64,000 bases of DNA from Sediminibacterium sp. (GCA_030158665.1 JAOASM010000008.1:76-64075), one strand, 5' to 3'; positions 28,652 to 40,098 are shown, counted from the stretch's first letter. The notes: generated by a model from the sequence alone, not told the origin. Numbers and translations are program-made.

Positions 28652-29950
28652 ATGGCTCCATTTTTATATAAAATATTAGCAGGGACGGTCTTGATGATTT
28701 TTGCTTTTATGTTGCTATGGGTTAAGGGCAATAAGAATATTCCATTTATAGAATATGTGTTGTATACATTTCCCTTTATTTCCATTACCTTATTACCCTC
28801 TATTGGTTATCCAACTATTTTTGACATTACCACTTTCACATTCTTGTTATTTTTTTATAGACCAAGAAGTACTACTGGTGTTTCATTAAAAAAATACGGC
28901 TATTTATTAATCCTATTTTTTATTTCATTACTTTTTGGAGGCATAGGCGCAGAGTCTATTTCTTATGATACAATGCCAGATCTTGTTCAACTTATTTGTG
29001 TATTCTCTTTTGTTAAAATTGTTTTTGATGAAATCGTGCTAGATCCTTTACTGTTTGATCGAATAGTCCAATTATTAAACACTGCTATATTCTTTTCTAT
29101 TTTTTTTCTAATTTGTCAATTTATTTTTGGACCACAATTTAGTTTTGATAAGACGACTAATGTAAATATTTTACAAGGGAATAACATACGTTTCCCAAGT
29201 TTCTTTCAAGATCCTCAGAAATATGCTCAGTTTTTGTCAGCAGGATTCTTTGTCTCATTAATACAAACTAAGGCAAGAAATACTACAAAATCGACATTTT
29301 ATCTTTTACCAATAACAATTCTGACTGCATTGTTATTTTCTGGGGGCAGGGCTGGTTTACTGGGTTTGATTCTTGGGGTTGGCTTGATTGTATTGCTTGG
29401 TAATTCTAGATACCGAATAGCAATTGTTATTGCAGCAATTGCTATCACGTTAGTTAGTGCACAATATGCAGAACAAATGTCCATATTTAATCGCGAATCA
29501 ACTGTTTCTGATGCCTATGAATTTCGATTTGAAATTTGGAAAGATGCTTTTGAAATTTTTAAATCACATCCCTTTTTCGGAATTGGCATAGGCAATTATG
29601 CAGCCTATGTTAGTATCCATAATCCAGATCAATATTGGGTAGCTAGCAATGTGTATACTGCATATGACCATCCGGAAAGTGGCTATTTAAAACTTTTGAC
29701 AGAGTATGGGTTAATCGGTTTTGTGCTTTTCTTTTCTATGATCCTTTATCCAGTCATAAAAGGGGTACAGTATTACTTAAAACATAAAGATTATACTTCT
29801 TTATTACTTATTTCAGCAATCCTTTCATGGATGGTTGGGTTCACAACTGTCTATTCCTTAAGCGACAGCAGGATTGCAGTGTATATAGCAATCATCATCA
29901 CACTTTTAATCATTCGATACAAGGCAAACCTACTTAATGAACCTATTTAG
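28652..29950 (+). CDS. O-antigen ligase/Wzy-type polymerase
   Basis: Multiple TM segments, R..IW, HPFFGIG.GN, H...YL.LL.E.GLIG. Confidence 0.8.
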   Translation: MAPFLYKILAGTVLMIFAFMLLWVKGNKNIPFIEYVLYTFPFISITLLPSIGYPTIFDITTFTFLLFFYRPRSTTGVSLKKYGYLLILFFISLLFGGIGAESISYDTMPDLVQLICVFSFVKIVFDEIVLDPLLFDRIVQLLNTAIFFSIFFLICQFIFGPQFSFDKTTNVNILQGNNIRFPSFFQDPQKYAQFLSAGFFVSLIQTKARNTTKSTFYLLPITILTALLFSGGRAGLLGLILGVGLIVLLGNSRYRIAIVIAAIAITLVSAQYAEQMSIFNRESTVSDAYEFRFEIWKDAFEIFKSHPFFGIGIGNYAAYVSIHNPDQYWVASNVYTAYDHPESGYLKLLTEYGLIGFVLFFSMILYPVIKGVQYYLKHKDYTSLLLISAILSWMVGFTTVYSLSDSRIAVYIAIIITLLIIRYKANLLNEPI

Positions 29951-31391
29951 AAACTATTATACCCATTTTTCAACATTCAAGTCAAAGTTGATTGTAAATA
30001 GTTTTTGGGGAGTTGCTGCTAACCTATTACAAAATATATTATTTAGTGTATTTTTTATTATTGTTGCTAGAGTCTACAATCCAACAGATTTTTCTAGTTA
30101 TATTTTAGCAAATACAATTTATGGGCTGCTCCTTGCTTTTTCGTCCTTAGGTCTTGGACAATGGTTTGTTAGAAGATTGCTTGAGGATATTGATAAAGAG
30201 AGATTAATACATCAGTTTTTCAAGTTACAGTTCATTATCGGAGTCGCTTTTTACCTCCTTATCATGGTTACAACATGGATGCTTTATAAAGACCATTTAG
30301 TAAGACAACTTTCTTTGATCATTGGTATTAATATCATATTTGACAATATAATCTATGTCATAAAGCATGTCAATATTGCTCAAATGGATCAAAAAAAAAC
30401 TTTTTTAATTCAAACAATCGAAGCGGTTTTAAAATTCATTTTAGGTTTATTCGTAGTTGTATTTCCAGTATCGATGGTCACATTGGCTTTGATTATTATC
30501 ACGCTTAGATTTATTACACTAAATGTCTTCATCAGCTTAGGTACCTCTTTTCCAGTCAGGATAGCCTATTTATTGAAAGTTAAAGTCGACACAAAAGTGA
30601 TTAAAGAGATTATTAGTGACAATTGGCCATTTATTGTAATCGGCAGTATGTCTGTATTGTATTGGAAAATTGGCAATCTTTTTATTGCGAACTATTTATC
30701 CTTAAAAGAGGTGTCTCATTATGAAATTTCGTATAAATTATTTTCAATGGCTGAGATTATACCTGTGATTATCTCCTCATCTGTCTTTCCAGTCCTTTTG
30801 AAAAAGTTAAATGAGGATAGGGCTTCTGCTATGAAATTTTACAATAAAGTATTCTTAGCTTATACATTTTACGGTCTTTTGTCTTTTACTTTTATTTATT
30901 CATTTGCTGAACAAATTGTTCCTTTTTTATTTGGTTCTAAATATAGCATAACGGCTAAGTATTGTAAAGAAATGTTTTTTACAATACTCATTTTTCCAAC
31001 TGCTATTTTACAAGCGAATTTGATTATTTCATTACACCGAGAAAAAATCGATATGTGGTTAAATATATTGAGTTTGGTACTAAATATGGTATTGTCCATG
31101 GTTGGTTTATATTTTCTTAAATCTATCACAGCAATCAATATTGCAATTTTTATTTCATTCCTCTTATTTCATTTACTACAAGACCATATCCTGATCAAGC
31201 TTAATTTGTTAACATTCAAAGTTTCAATATTGTTTTATCTAACCCTCTTTACGGCATTGGGTATGTATTATGCAGCCTTATCCTACTTTATACCAATCAT
31301 AGCATTCTGCTTGTTTTGGTTATGCGTAAGTGTATTGGTCGGGTATTACATTCATCTTTATGCTAAAAGACAATTAAGTCGCGCTATTTAG
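29937..31391 (+). CDS. Oligosaccharide flippase (Wzx)
   Basis: About 12-14 TM segments with an MOP-type layout, inside the EPS operon. Confidence 0.8.
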   Translation: MNLFRNYYTHFSTFKSKLIVNSFWGVAANLLQNILFSVFFIIVARVYNPTDFSSYILANTIYGLLLAFSSLGLGQWFVRRLLEDIDKERLIHQFFKLQFIIGVAFYLLIMVTTWMLYKDHLVRQLSLIIGINIIFDNIIYVIKHVNIAQMDQKKTFLIQTIEAVLKFILGLFVVVFPVSMVTLALIIITLRFITLNVFISLGTSFPVRIAYLLKVKVDTKVIKEIISDNWPFIVIGSMSVLYWKIGNLFIANYLSLKEVSHYEISYKLFSMAEIIPVIISSSVFPVLLKKLNEDRASAMKFYNKVFLAYTFYGLLSFTFIYSFAEQIVPFLFGSKYSITAKYCKEMFFTILIFPTAILQANLIISLHREKIDMWLNILSLVLNMVLSMVGLYFLKSITAINIAIFISFLLFHLLQDHILIKLNLLTFKVSILFYLTLFTALGMYYAALSYFIPIIAFCLFWLCVSVLVGYYIHLYAKRQLSRAI

Positions 31392-31404
31392 ATACATCTT
31401 ACAC

Positions 31405-32565
31405 ATGACAGTTCTTTATTATACCCAAACATATTATCTGGATGCGGCAATTGAAACCATCAGATCACTTGACTCCGCCAATCTTGATTTACATTTAGTG
31501 ATCGAGATTACACCTGATTCTAAATGTTCCAATATCATCAATATAGCTAGTTTAGACAATGCAGATACAGTTGCCAGTTTTACAGCATTATTAGGAAAGG
31601 AAACCGCTGCTAACTTTAAGCCTTATTTTACATCGGTAAAATCTGTTCAATTTCTTGTGTTTAAAAAAAAGAAGGCATTTAGTATCGATACTTTAAGTGT
31701 CCTTTATCGATGTTCAAAATTGTTAGATAAAATCAAGCCCAATGTGATTCATTTTGATACGGTGACGTTAAGGTCATTACTTATCTTACCCAAAATAGTT
31801 GGTCTTAAAAAAGTCATAACGATTCATGATCCTATTCCGCATATTGGGGAGTCTACTTGGAAATCGAGGATGACAAATCGAGTTTATTTCTCATTAGCGA
31901 ATCATTTCATTTTCTATTCCAATTTCGCCAAAAAACAATTTGAAATGCAGTATCCTTATTGTTCTCAATCAAGAACAGTAATTCAATTCCAGCCTTATAC
32001 CTATAATCAACTCTTTTTAAAGTCAATGAATGCATCGATTGATCCATATATTTTATTTTTTGGCAGAATTTCTTATTACAAAGGGGTTGATTTATTCATT
32101 TCCATTATTCCTGAAATCTTAAAAAGGTTTCCCAATCAACAATTTATTATTGCAGGTCGTACAGAGGGGTACGAGATCAATGAGGAGATGATTAAAAAGT
32201 ATAAAAATAACATTCTGTTCATAAATGAATATATAGACTCCTCAGATTTAGTGAGTTTGATCCAACATGCTAAGTTCTTAGTATGTCCTTATCGTGATGC
32301 GAGTCAAAGTGGTGTTTTAATGACAGCTATGGCCATTGGGAAACCAGTTATTGCCACTAATGTTGGTGCTTTCCCGGAATACATTCAAGATGGCTATAAT
32401 GGCCTAATTGCCGAGCCAAATCAAGATTCGATCTTAGATCGTGTATTACATTACTTAGAGTTCGATCGTTATAAAGAGGCTGAAACTTATGTGAATAATA
32501 CCTTTTCTCAAAGTATAGCAGCATCAAATCAAAATTTAATAGCACAAACCTATTTTAATGAATAA
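31405..32565 (+). CDS. Glycosyltransferase family 4
   Basis: FFGRISYYKG, QSGV..AMA.GKPVIATNVG. Confidence 0.9.
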   Translation: MTVLYYTQTYYLDAAIETIRSLDSANLDLHLVIEITPDSKCSNIINIASLDNADTVASFTALLGKETAANFKPYFTSVKSVQFLVFKKKKAFSIDTLSVLYRCSKLLDKIKPNVIHFDTVTLRSLLILPKIVGLKKVITIHDPIPHIGESTWKSRMTNRVYFSLANHFIFYSNFAKKQFEMQYPYCSQSRTVIQFQPYTYNQLFLKSMNASIDPYILFFGRISYYKGVDLFISIIPEILKRFPNQQFIIAGRTEGYEINEEMIKKYKNNILFINEYIDSSDLVSLIQHAKFLVCPYRDASQSGVLMTAMAIGKPVIATNVGAFPEYIQDGYNGLIAEPNQDSILDRVLHYLEFDRYKEAETYVNNTFSQSIAASNQNLIAQTYFNE

Positions 32566-33679
32566 CAATACCATGCCTACTATTGCATTTGTCATCCATG
32601 GATTATGCATGGGCGGTGCAGAGAAATTTACCATCACATTATTAAATCATTTACATCAAAATGGACATCCTGTTTTCTTAATCTCATTAAGTGATGATCG
32701 AACTTTGGAAAATGAATTACATCCAAACATCCCCATTTTTACATTACTTAGAAAATCAAAATATGACTTATCTATAAAGGACAAAATAGCCTATGTGTTA
32801 AAGCAAAACCATACAGATAAAGTATTCTGTATTAATTCGTACACTTATTTTTTGACAAAATTGGCATTGATAAAAAATAATCATATTGAGATTTTTCTTT
32901 CTTTACATTCAACAGTATCATCCGGTTTCAAAAAGTATCTTCAAAATCTGATCTATTTTAGAATGATGGATCCTGCTGATCATATAATTTTTTTATGTCA
33001 AAATCAAAAAGAGCATCTATCTAAACATTACTTTATTTCCAACTCGAATAAGCATATAATTAATAATGGAGTGGATACTAATTTTTTTAGCCCTAATAAG
33101 GAGACTGAACAAATTAAAAATGCTGCAAGGGCGCGATACAATTTAAGTGATGATGAGTCTGTTATCTTAAAAGTGGCAAGAATCGCTCCTGAAAAAGGAC
33201 ATTTAGATGCTATCGAGGCTTTATATCTTTTACATGATAAATACAAAGAACAAGCTCACCTTATATTGGTAGGAGATGGACCATCTATGTATAAATACAA
33301 GATTAGAAAGTCTATTGCTGAAAGAAGTTTGGAGGATTATGTTCATTTTGAAGGCAATCAACAAGACGTAAGGGGGTATTATCAATTTGCTGATCTATTT
33401 ACTTTGACATCCCATAGTACTGAGACATTTTCTATTGCTGCATTAGAAGCTATGGCTTGTGGTTTACCTTGTTCTATGACCGATGTTGGGGGTGCCAGTG
33501 AAATGATTGTGCCAGGTGTAAACGGGCTATTAACTACTCCTCATGATCCTTTATCTATGGCAGAAAGTTGGTATACCTTACTATCGGGAAAACCCAAAAG
33601 AGATTTAATTAGAGCGCATGTTGTAGAGCATTTTGACAAAAGGTCTATGCTGGCAAAATATGACGCCATTTTACATTAA
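32558..33679 (+). CDS. Glycosyltransferase family 4
   Basis: GGAE, NGVD, ETFSIAALEAMACGLP. Confidence 0.9.
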   Translation: MNNNTMPTIAFVIHGLCMGGAEKFTITLLNHLHQNGHPVFLISLSDDRTLENELHPNIPIFTLLRKSKYDLSIKDKIAYVLKQNHTDKVFCINSYTYFLTKLALIKNNHIEIFLSLHSTVSSGFKKYLQNLIYFRMMDPADHIIFLCQNQKEHLSKHYFISNSNKHIINNGVDTNFFSPNKETEQIKNAARARYNLSDDESVILKVARIAPEKGHLDAIEALYLLHDKYKEQAHLILVGDGPSMYKYKIRKSIAERSLEDYVHFEGNQQDVRGYYQFADLFTLTSHSTETFSIAALEAMACGLPCSMTDVGGASEMIVPGVNGLLTTPHDPLSMAESWYTLLSGKPKRDLIRAHVVEHFDKRSMLAKYDAILH

Positions 33680-33689
33680 ATCAATTTAA

Positions 33690-34748
33690 ATGTCTGATAT
33701 CTTTTCTAGGGCACTCTATATAGGGCCTTTAAATACTTATGGGGGAATTGGTGCCGTGTTGAGAACATATGAAAAAAATTTAAAGCATTTTAATTTCATC
33801 TCAACCCATAAGGACCATTCTAAGATTGGCAGTATTTTTTATTTTTTTTATAGTGTCAATAAGGTAATATTTTATTTACTATTTAATCGAAAGATTAAAA
33901 TTGTTCATATCCATAGTGCTTCAAAAGGCAGTTTTATAAGAAAGGTCATTTTAGTTTTAGTTGCAAAAACATTCAAGAAAAAAGTTGTTTTTCATATGCA
34001 TGGTGGACAATTTAAAGAATATTTCAAACAGGTTACTTGGGGAAAAGATTTTTTAATAGAGGTGCTTAAAAGAGTTGATGTTTTCATTTGTTTAACTGAA
34101 GAATGGAAAATATACTTTCAAGAAAATATAGGATTAAACAATGTTTTAGTTCTTGGCAATCCAATTAAAGCGCAAGATTCAATTTCAAAAAAGCCATTCA
34201 ATCAGATCATTTCTCTTTTGTTTTTAGGAAGTATAAATTCCAAAAAAGGAATTTTTGATTTGTTAAAATATTTACAGTCTAATAAATATTTTAAAAATAA
34301 ACAAATACAATTAACAATTGGAGGTACTGGAGAAGTGGAAAAATTAACTAGTTTGATACAAGATCCAATATTTCAAAACCAAATTAATTATATAGGATTT
34401 GTTACTGAAAAGTCAAAGGATGAAGCAATAAGAGATTGCGATGTTTTCATATTGCCTTCCTATTATGAAGGACTTCCAGTCTCTATTTTAGAAGCAATGA
34501 GTCATGGAAAACCAGTTATAAGCACCCGTGTAGGTGGGGTTCAATCCATCGTTAAGGAAAATTATAATGGTTGGTTATTCGATGCAGGTGATTTTAAGCA
34601 ACTTGACTCAATTTTTGATGTGATTGTGGGTCATCAATTTCCACTTCAGTTATATCAGCAAAATGCATACTTAATGGCTACTAATTTTTCAACTGAAAAT
34701 ATCCTTTTTAATTTATCTAGTATGTATAAAAATTTATTGAATGAATAA
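33690..34748 (+). CDS. Glycosyltransferase family 4
   Basis: HMHGG, KKG, EGLPVSILEAM. Confidence 0.9.
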   Translation: MSDIFSRALYIGPLNTYGGIGAVLRTYEKNLKHFNFISTHKDHSKIGSIFYFFYSVNKVIFYLLFNRKIKIVHIHSASKGSFIRKVILVLVAKTFKKKVVFHMHGGQFKEYFKQVTWGKDFLIEVLKRVDVFICLTEEWKIYFQENIGLNNVLVLGNPIKAQDSISKKPFNQIISLLFLGSINSKKGIFDLLKYLQSNKYFKNKQIQLTIGGTGEVEKLTSLIQDPIFQNQINYIGFVTEKSKDEAIRDCDVFILPSYYEGLPVSILEAMSHGKPVISTRVGGVQSIVKENYNGWLFDAGDFKQLDSIFDVIVGHQFPLQLYQQNAYLMATNFSTENILFNLSSMYKNLLNE

Positions 34749-36012
34749 GTTTAATCTATTTTCTTTGATTGGGTTTACTCGTATACTTCTGATTGATTTC
34801 TTTGGCGGCACTACTATTATTAGCACTTTGAAAAGATTTAAACACGAATCAATGCTGCCTTTAGAGGATTTGCATCAATTAAGTAAATCTAGATTAGATC
34901 AATTATTTGTCATAGCAAAATCTAGTACTAATTTTTACAAAAATGCCAATAATTATGAAAGTCTCAATGTACTTGATAAGGCTACAATTAGACAAAATCA
35001 TGATGATTTCATTTCAAGAGATTTTAAACAAAAAATGTATCCTAAATCTACTGGGGGTTCTACGGGGATACCATTGAATTATTTAACGACACCAGCATCT
35101 AGATCTGCTATGTGGGCAGGTATTTTGATGTCTTGGGAGATAGCTGGTTACAAATGGGGCGACAAAGTTGCTTTTATTGCTGGAACATCTATTGTAAAGT
35201 CAAATTTTAAACATAAATTATTTTATTCTTTATTCAATATTGAAGTATATTCAGTATATGATCTCTCTGATAAGAATATAGAAAATTACATTAGTAGATT
35301 AAACAAGTCTAAAGTGGCTATTATTTATGGCTATGCTTCGGCCATAGGTCATATTGCTAATTATATATTACGTCATGAACCAATTAACTTCCCCTATTTA
35401 AAAGGAATTGTTTGTACTGCCGAAGTACTAACGGATAATGTGCGGCACCAAATTCAAACTGCATTTTTTGTACCAGTATACAATCAATATGGGTGTAATG
35501 AAGCAGGAGTTTCGGCTTACGAATGCAAATACCATCATCTTCATCTAATTAGTTCAAGGTCTTATTATGAAGTTGATATGGATCAACATCTACTATCTAC
35601 AGATTTAACCAATCATGGGTTCATTATCATGAAATACAATACTGGAGATATGATAGAATTTGACGATACTACGGTATGTGCATGTAAAAGCAATTATCCT
35701 ATTATAAAACAAATTATGGGAAGAACTTGTGACATTGTTACAGATTTTGAAGGTCATTCACTACATAGTTGCTTCTTCAATATTTTATTTAGGGATGACA
35801 AAAGTATCAAACAGTTTCAGATTGTCTTTAGTAAAACGGCTTTAAAAATATATTTAAATGTGAATCCTGAATTAGCAGTGGAAGCACATTATGAAAAATA
35901 TATTACTCAAATTAAAAAGCACCTGCATTTTGATACTTATACAATTATTTTTAACGCACCATTTTTAAAGTTTGACAATGCGAAACATCGTTATGTAATT
36001 CACGAAGCTTAA
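34741..36012 (+). CDS. Phenylacetate-CoA ligase-like adenylating protein (CapK-like)
   Basis: STGGSTGIP, YGCNE, Y.TGD, IMGR. Confidence 0.85.
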   Translation: MNKFNLFSLIGFTRILLIDFFGGTTIISTLKRFKHESMLPLEDLHQLSKSRLDQLFVIAKSSTNFYKNANNYESLNVLDKATIRQNHDDFISRDFKQKMYPKSTGGSTGIPLNYLTTPASRSAMWAGILMSWEIAGYKWGDKVAFIAGTSIVKSNFKHKLFYSLFNIEVYSVYDLSDKNIENYISRLNKSKVAIIYGYASAIGHIANYILRHEPINFPYLKGIVCTAEVLTDNVRHQIQTAFFVPVYNQYGCNEAGVSAYECKYHHLHLISSRSYYEVDMDQHLLSTDLTNHGFIIMKYNTGDMIEFDDTTVCACKSNYPIIKQIMGRTCDIVTDFEGHSLHSCFFNILFRDDKSIKQFQIVFSKTALKIYLNVNPELAVEAHYEKYITQIKKHLHFDTYTIIFNAPFLKFDNAKHRYVIHEA

Positions 36013-36022
36013 AATTAGAACT

Positions 36023-37045
36023 ATGCGAATTTGGTTTGATATTTCTAACTCACCTCATGTTATTTTATTTTATGATCTAATTAAAGAACTTGAACAGGCT
36101 AGGCATGAAGTAATTATAACAACAAGACCTTTAGCCAATACAATAGATCTATTAGATCAAAAAAATTTGACCTATCATGTTATAGGCAAGCACTATGGCA
36201 AAAGTTTGTTTAAAAAAATAATTGGATTTCCTGTAAGGATAATCCAATTAGCGTATCATCTAAGACATAAAAATATAGATATCTCTATAGGTCAAAGTTC
36301 ATTCCACCTGCCTTTAGTCGCAAGATTATTAGGATTCCCGTCTATTTATACCAATGACAATGAACATGCTGCAGGCAATTTAGTTGCTTTTTATTTCGCT
36401 AATAGGATTTTGCTGCCCGCTAATTTCAAACTCAGAAATTATTTAAATTTTGATTGGATTAAATCTAAAATTATTTATTATCCAGGTGTCAAAGAAGGTA
36501 TTTACCTATGGGTTAAACATCAAGCAATTTCAAAAAGAAGAAATCTTATACCTCAAGGACATCCGCAAATATATATCCGTCCTGAACCACAAACTGCTCA
36601 GTATTACTCTGGCGCATTATTTTTTTTAGATAAAATTATATTGGAATTACAAGAAATGTATTCTGTCACTATCCTTACTAGGAACAATGACCAGTTGACT
36701 CATTATGCTGATCCAATGTTTAGGTATTGTAATGTGCCGCAAAAACCTTTAAGTTTTGATGATATCGCGTTAGACTGTTCACTTTTTATTGGAGCAGGCG
36801 GCTCTATGACCAGAGAGTTTGCTTTGCTAGGTATACCAACTATTTCTGTATATCAAGACAAATTACTTGCTGTAGATGAAATTTTGCTAGAGCAGGATTT
36901 ACTTTCTCATTTCCCCCAGCTTACAATCGACCAAGTATATACTGTATTGGCTCAAGTTAAAAAAAAGGATGCCAATCATCCTTTTATGGAAATGGGCAAA
37001 TCTGCGTATGAAATATTAAGGGAAAACATTGTTACCTACAACTAA
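36023..37045 (+). CDS. DUF354 domain protein (GT-B-like)
   Basis: MRIWFDISNSPHV, DNEHA, GAGGSMTRE.ALLGIP. Confidence 0.8.
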   Translation: MRIWFDISNSPHVILFYDLIKELEQARHEVIITTRPLANTIDLLDQKNLTYHVIGKHYGKSLFKKIIGFPVRIIQLAYHLRHKNIDISIGQSSFHLPLVARLLGFPSIYTNDNEHAAGNLVAFYFANRILLPANFKLRNYLNFDWIKSKIIYYPGVKEGIYLWVKHQAISKRRNLIPQGHPQIYIRPEPQTAQYYSGALFFLDKIILELQEMYSVTILTRNNDQLTHYADPMFRYCNVPQKPLSFDDIALDCSLFIGAGGSMTREFALLGIPTISVYQDKLLAVDEILLEQDLLSHFPQLTIDQVYTVLAQVKKKDANHPFMEMGKSAYEILRENIVTYN

Positions 37046-37083
37046 TCTAAGTTCAAAATAAGTCATCATTTAAAATTTACAAT

Positions 37084-38097
37084 ATGATTCGAGTCGCTTT
37101 AATCGGGGCGGGTAAAATGGGTATTTCTCATTTGTCCATTCTAGGTGCACATCCACAAGTTGAAATTGTAGGTGTTGCTGATAATGCACATTTAGTTACA
37201 GATTTCTTGGAAAAATATGCGCAGTATCGATGTTTTTCTGACTACAATAAAATGATTGAAGTGACTAAACCTGATGCAGTTGTAGTGGCTGTTCCAACAA
37301 AGCTTCACTCTTTATTTGTATGGAATTTATTAAAAAATGATATCCATGTTTTTGTAGAAAAGCCATTTTGCTTAGATGTTGAAGAAGGAATGGGATTAAT
37401 GGAAATGGCAAGATCAAGAAATCTTGTAAACCAGGTGGGGTATCACAATAAGTTTATCGGAACTTTTAAAGAAGCAAAAAGTATAATTGATACAGGGCTG
37501 ATTGGCAAGATTCAACATTTTACTGCTGATATGAATGGGCCTGTTTTTGTCAGAAATAAACAGCAGAGTTGGAGATCAAAAGAGGATGAAGGTGGAGGCT
37601 GTTTACTTGATTATGCAGCGCATAGTATTGATTTAATCAATTACTTGGTTGCACCAATAGATAAAGTGCATGGAACTATTTTAAAACAATATTATAACTT
37701 AAATGTAGAAGATGGAGTATATGCTTTATTGGAGACTAAAAATCATATATCTGGTGTATTGAATGTCAATTGGAGTGATGAAACTTACCGAAAAATGGCT
37801 ACAACAATTACGATTATCGGAACTAAGGGTAAAATAATTGTTGATACGACTGAATTAAAATTATACCTAAAGGAGACACCACACCATTTAAATTATTGTA
37901 AGGGGTGGAATCTCCGTCAGATTAATGAACTAAGTGATGAGGTTGATTACTACCTAAGGGGAGAAGAATATTCGGCTCAATTAGATTATTTCATTAAGGC
38001 TATTAATGGGGACGTGCCTAATAATATCAACAATTTCGAATCGGCCAATCAAACAGATAGGGTCATTGATTTAATTAGAAATTTCAAAACAAATTAA
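37084..38097 (+). CDS. Gfo/Idh/MocA oxidoreductase
   Basis: GAGKMG, EKP, GGGCLLD...H. Confidence 0.9.
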   Translation: MIRVALIGAGKMGISHLSILGAHPQVEIVGVADNAHLVTDFLEKYAQYRCFSDYNKMIEVTKPDAVVVAVPTKLHSLFVWNLLKNDIHVFVEKPFCLDVEEGMGLMEMARSRNLVNQVGYHNKFIGTFKEAKSIIDTGLIGKIQHFTADMNGPVFVRNKQQSWRSKEDEGGGCLLDYAAHSIDLINYLVAPIDKVHGTILKQYYNLNVEDGVYALLETKNHISGVLNVNWSDETYRKMATTITIIGTKGKIIVDTTELKLYLKETPHHLNYCKGWNLRQINELSDEVDYYLRGEEYSAQLDYFIKAINGDVPNNINNFESANQTDRVIDLIRNFKTN

Positions 38098-38098
38098 T

Positions 38099-39004
38099 AT
38101 GGAAAGAATACTTTTTGGCGATAACCAATTTTTTGGTGTGAACCATAGCTCAGATGAGAAGTCTAGAGCACAATCGATTCAATTTAAAGAAGATGCCACT
38201 ATTTTAAAAACTTTAGATTATGCAATTGATGAGGGTGTAAATACGTTTATGTGTACTACGCATGATCGTATATCCGCAATATGTGATGCCATTCGATCCA
38301 ACCCAATCAAGTACCATAACTTTAAAATATATCCATGTTTGCCGTATGCACATAAATATGCCAATGCAGTGACAGAACTCGGTTTATTAGGAACGCTTAA
38401 ACAATATGTACCAGGTAATTTTTTTGGCTCCCTGTTTAGAGGCGGTGTGGCTATTGTGTCTAAAGATTATATCGCAATGATGAAGTTGTTGGTTGATGCA
38501 GAGATGAAAATGTTTAAAGGCATATCAACTCCAGTAATATTCTTGCAAAATGTGATTACTGATTTGCTTTTAGGGCTTGGTATGAAAGAGGTCATTAAAG
38601 CCTATCATCAATATATTATTACTGAATACAATGCAGAACCTGGCTATATCACTATGAATATGCCAAAACTTTTAAATTTCTTAAACGCTGCCGGGATCGA
38701 CAATCCAATAATTTGTACTTCAATCAACATTGATGGATTTAGAATGTCTGGAGGTAAAGCGTTGTATGAAAAAACGATGAAAGAAAAAGATGTTCGTGTT
38801 ATTGCGATGCAAGTATTATCAGGAGGCGCATCTAAACCAAGGGAAGCATTATCCTACGTATGTAATTTACCCAATGTGCAATCCATACTTTTTGGCGCAT
38901 CCTCTAAGTCAAATATCAGAGAGACTGTTTCTCTGATTCGAGAATTTGACTTTAATGATGAGGAAGAAATGATGGAACAGTATAATCATATAAAAATATA
39001 TTAG
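38099..39004 (+). CDS. Conserved hypothetical protein (possible TIM-barrel/aldo-keto-reductase-like fold)
   Basis: ILFGDNQFFG.NH and SILFGASS..NI; coupled to the Gfo gene. Confidence 0.65.
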   Translation: MERILFGDNQFFGVNHSSDEKSRAQSIQFKEDATILKTLDYAIDEGVNTFMCTTHDRISAICDAIRSNPIKYHNFKIYPCLPYAHKYANAVTELGLLGTLKQYVPGNFFGSLFRGGVAIVSKDYIAMMKLLVDAEMKMFKGISTPVIFLQNVITDLLLGLGMKEVIKAYHQYIITEYNAEPGYITMNMPKLLNFLNAAGIDNPIICTSINIDGFRMSGGKALYEKTMKEKDVRVIAMQVLSGGASKPREALSYVCNLPNVQSILFGASSKSNIRETVSLIREFDFNDEEEMMEQYNHIKIY

Positions 39005-39006
39005 TT

Positions 39007-40098
39007 ATGTTAATCACCATTGTTGCTGGGGCAAGACCTAATTTTATCAAAGTTGCCCCCATTATTAGGGCAATTGAAAATGCTAAACAGCAAGGTTCAG
39101 ATATTGATTTTAGACTAGTCCATACCGGTCAGCATTTTGATCAAAGAATGAGTGGTGATTTTTTTGATCAACTGAACATACCTGAGCCAGACACGAGCTT
39201 GCATTGTGCTTCAGGAACCCCCATCGAGCAAGCTGCATCCATCATGTGTCAATTTGAAAAAGAGTTGATACAAAACAAGCCTAATATTGTTTTAGTGGTA
39301 GGTGATGTCACTTCTACCATGGCTGCTGCCATTGCAGCAAAAAAATTAGACATACATACTGTTCATGTAGAAGCTGGAATTCGTTCCGGGGATTTAACCA
39401 TGCCTGAAGAATTAAATCGTATCCTTACCGATGCTATTTGTGATACCTTTTTTACCACAAGTGAAACCGCGTCTGCTAATTTAATAGCATCTAATCAGTC
39501 TAAAGAAAATATACATTTTGTAGGAAATACAATGATTGATACACTATTATATCATTTAAAAGATATTAAAAAACCCGATTGCTGGGACAAACTACATCTT
39601 GAGTCTAAAAATTATTTACTACTGACTTTACACAGGCCGTCTAATGTGGATGACCCAATTAAGCTCCAGTCCTTATTATCAGAAATTTCAATTTTATCTC
39701 CAAAGGATGAAATTGTTTTTCCTGTACACCCTAGAACAAAACAATGTATTGAATCTAACCAGATCAATACTTATTCAATACGCTTAGTGCCCCCGCAACC
39801 TTACTTAGAGTTTATTTACTTAGTTAAAAATGCAAAAGGAATTATTACAGATTCAGGAGGTATAACAGAAGAAGCAACAGTATTGAATGTTCCCTGTATA
39901 ACGATGCGTAATACGACTGAACGTCCAGAGACAGTGACACATGGAACGAATGTTTTAGTAGGGGATGACATGGCTTTATTGGCTGAGAAACTCAATGATT
40001 TAGATAGAGGTATCTGGAAGTCTAATCTTGGACCTGAATTGTGGGATGGTCAATCATCTGAAAGAATTGTAAATATTTTATTATGCAAAAGGGACTAA
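39007..40098 (+). CDS. wecB: Non-hydrolysing UDP-GlcNAc 2-epimerase
   Basis: GARPNFIK, HTGQH, HVEAGIRS, TDSGG..EE, TERP. Confidence 0.9.
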   Translation: MLITIVAGARPNFIKVAPIIRAIENAKQQGSDIDFRLVHTGQHFDQRMSGDFFDQLNIPEPDTSLHCASGTPIEQAASIMCQFEKELIQNKPNIVLVVGDVTSTMAAAIAAKKLDIHTVHVEAGIRSGDLTMPEELNRILTDAICDTFFTTSETASANLIASNQSKENIHFVGNTMIDTLLYHLKDIKKPDCWDKLHLESKNYLLLTLHRPSNVDDPIKLQSLLSEISILSPKDEIVFPVHPRTKQCIESNQINTYSIRLVPPQPYLEFIYLVKNAKGIITDSGGITEEATVLNVPCITMRNTTERPETVTHGTNVLVGDDMALLAEKLNDLDRGIWKSNLGPELWDGQSSERIVNILLCKRD

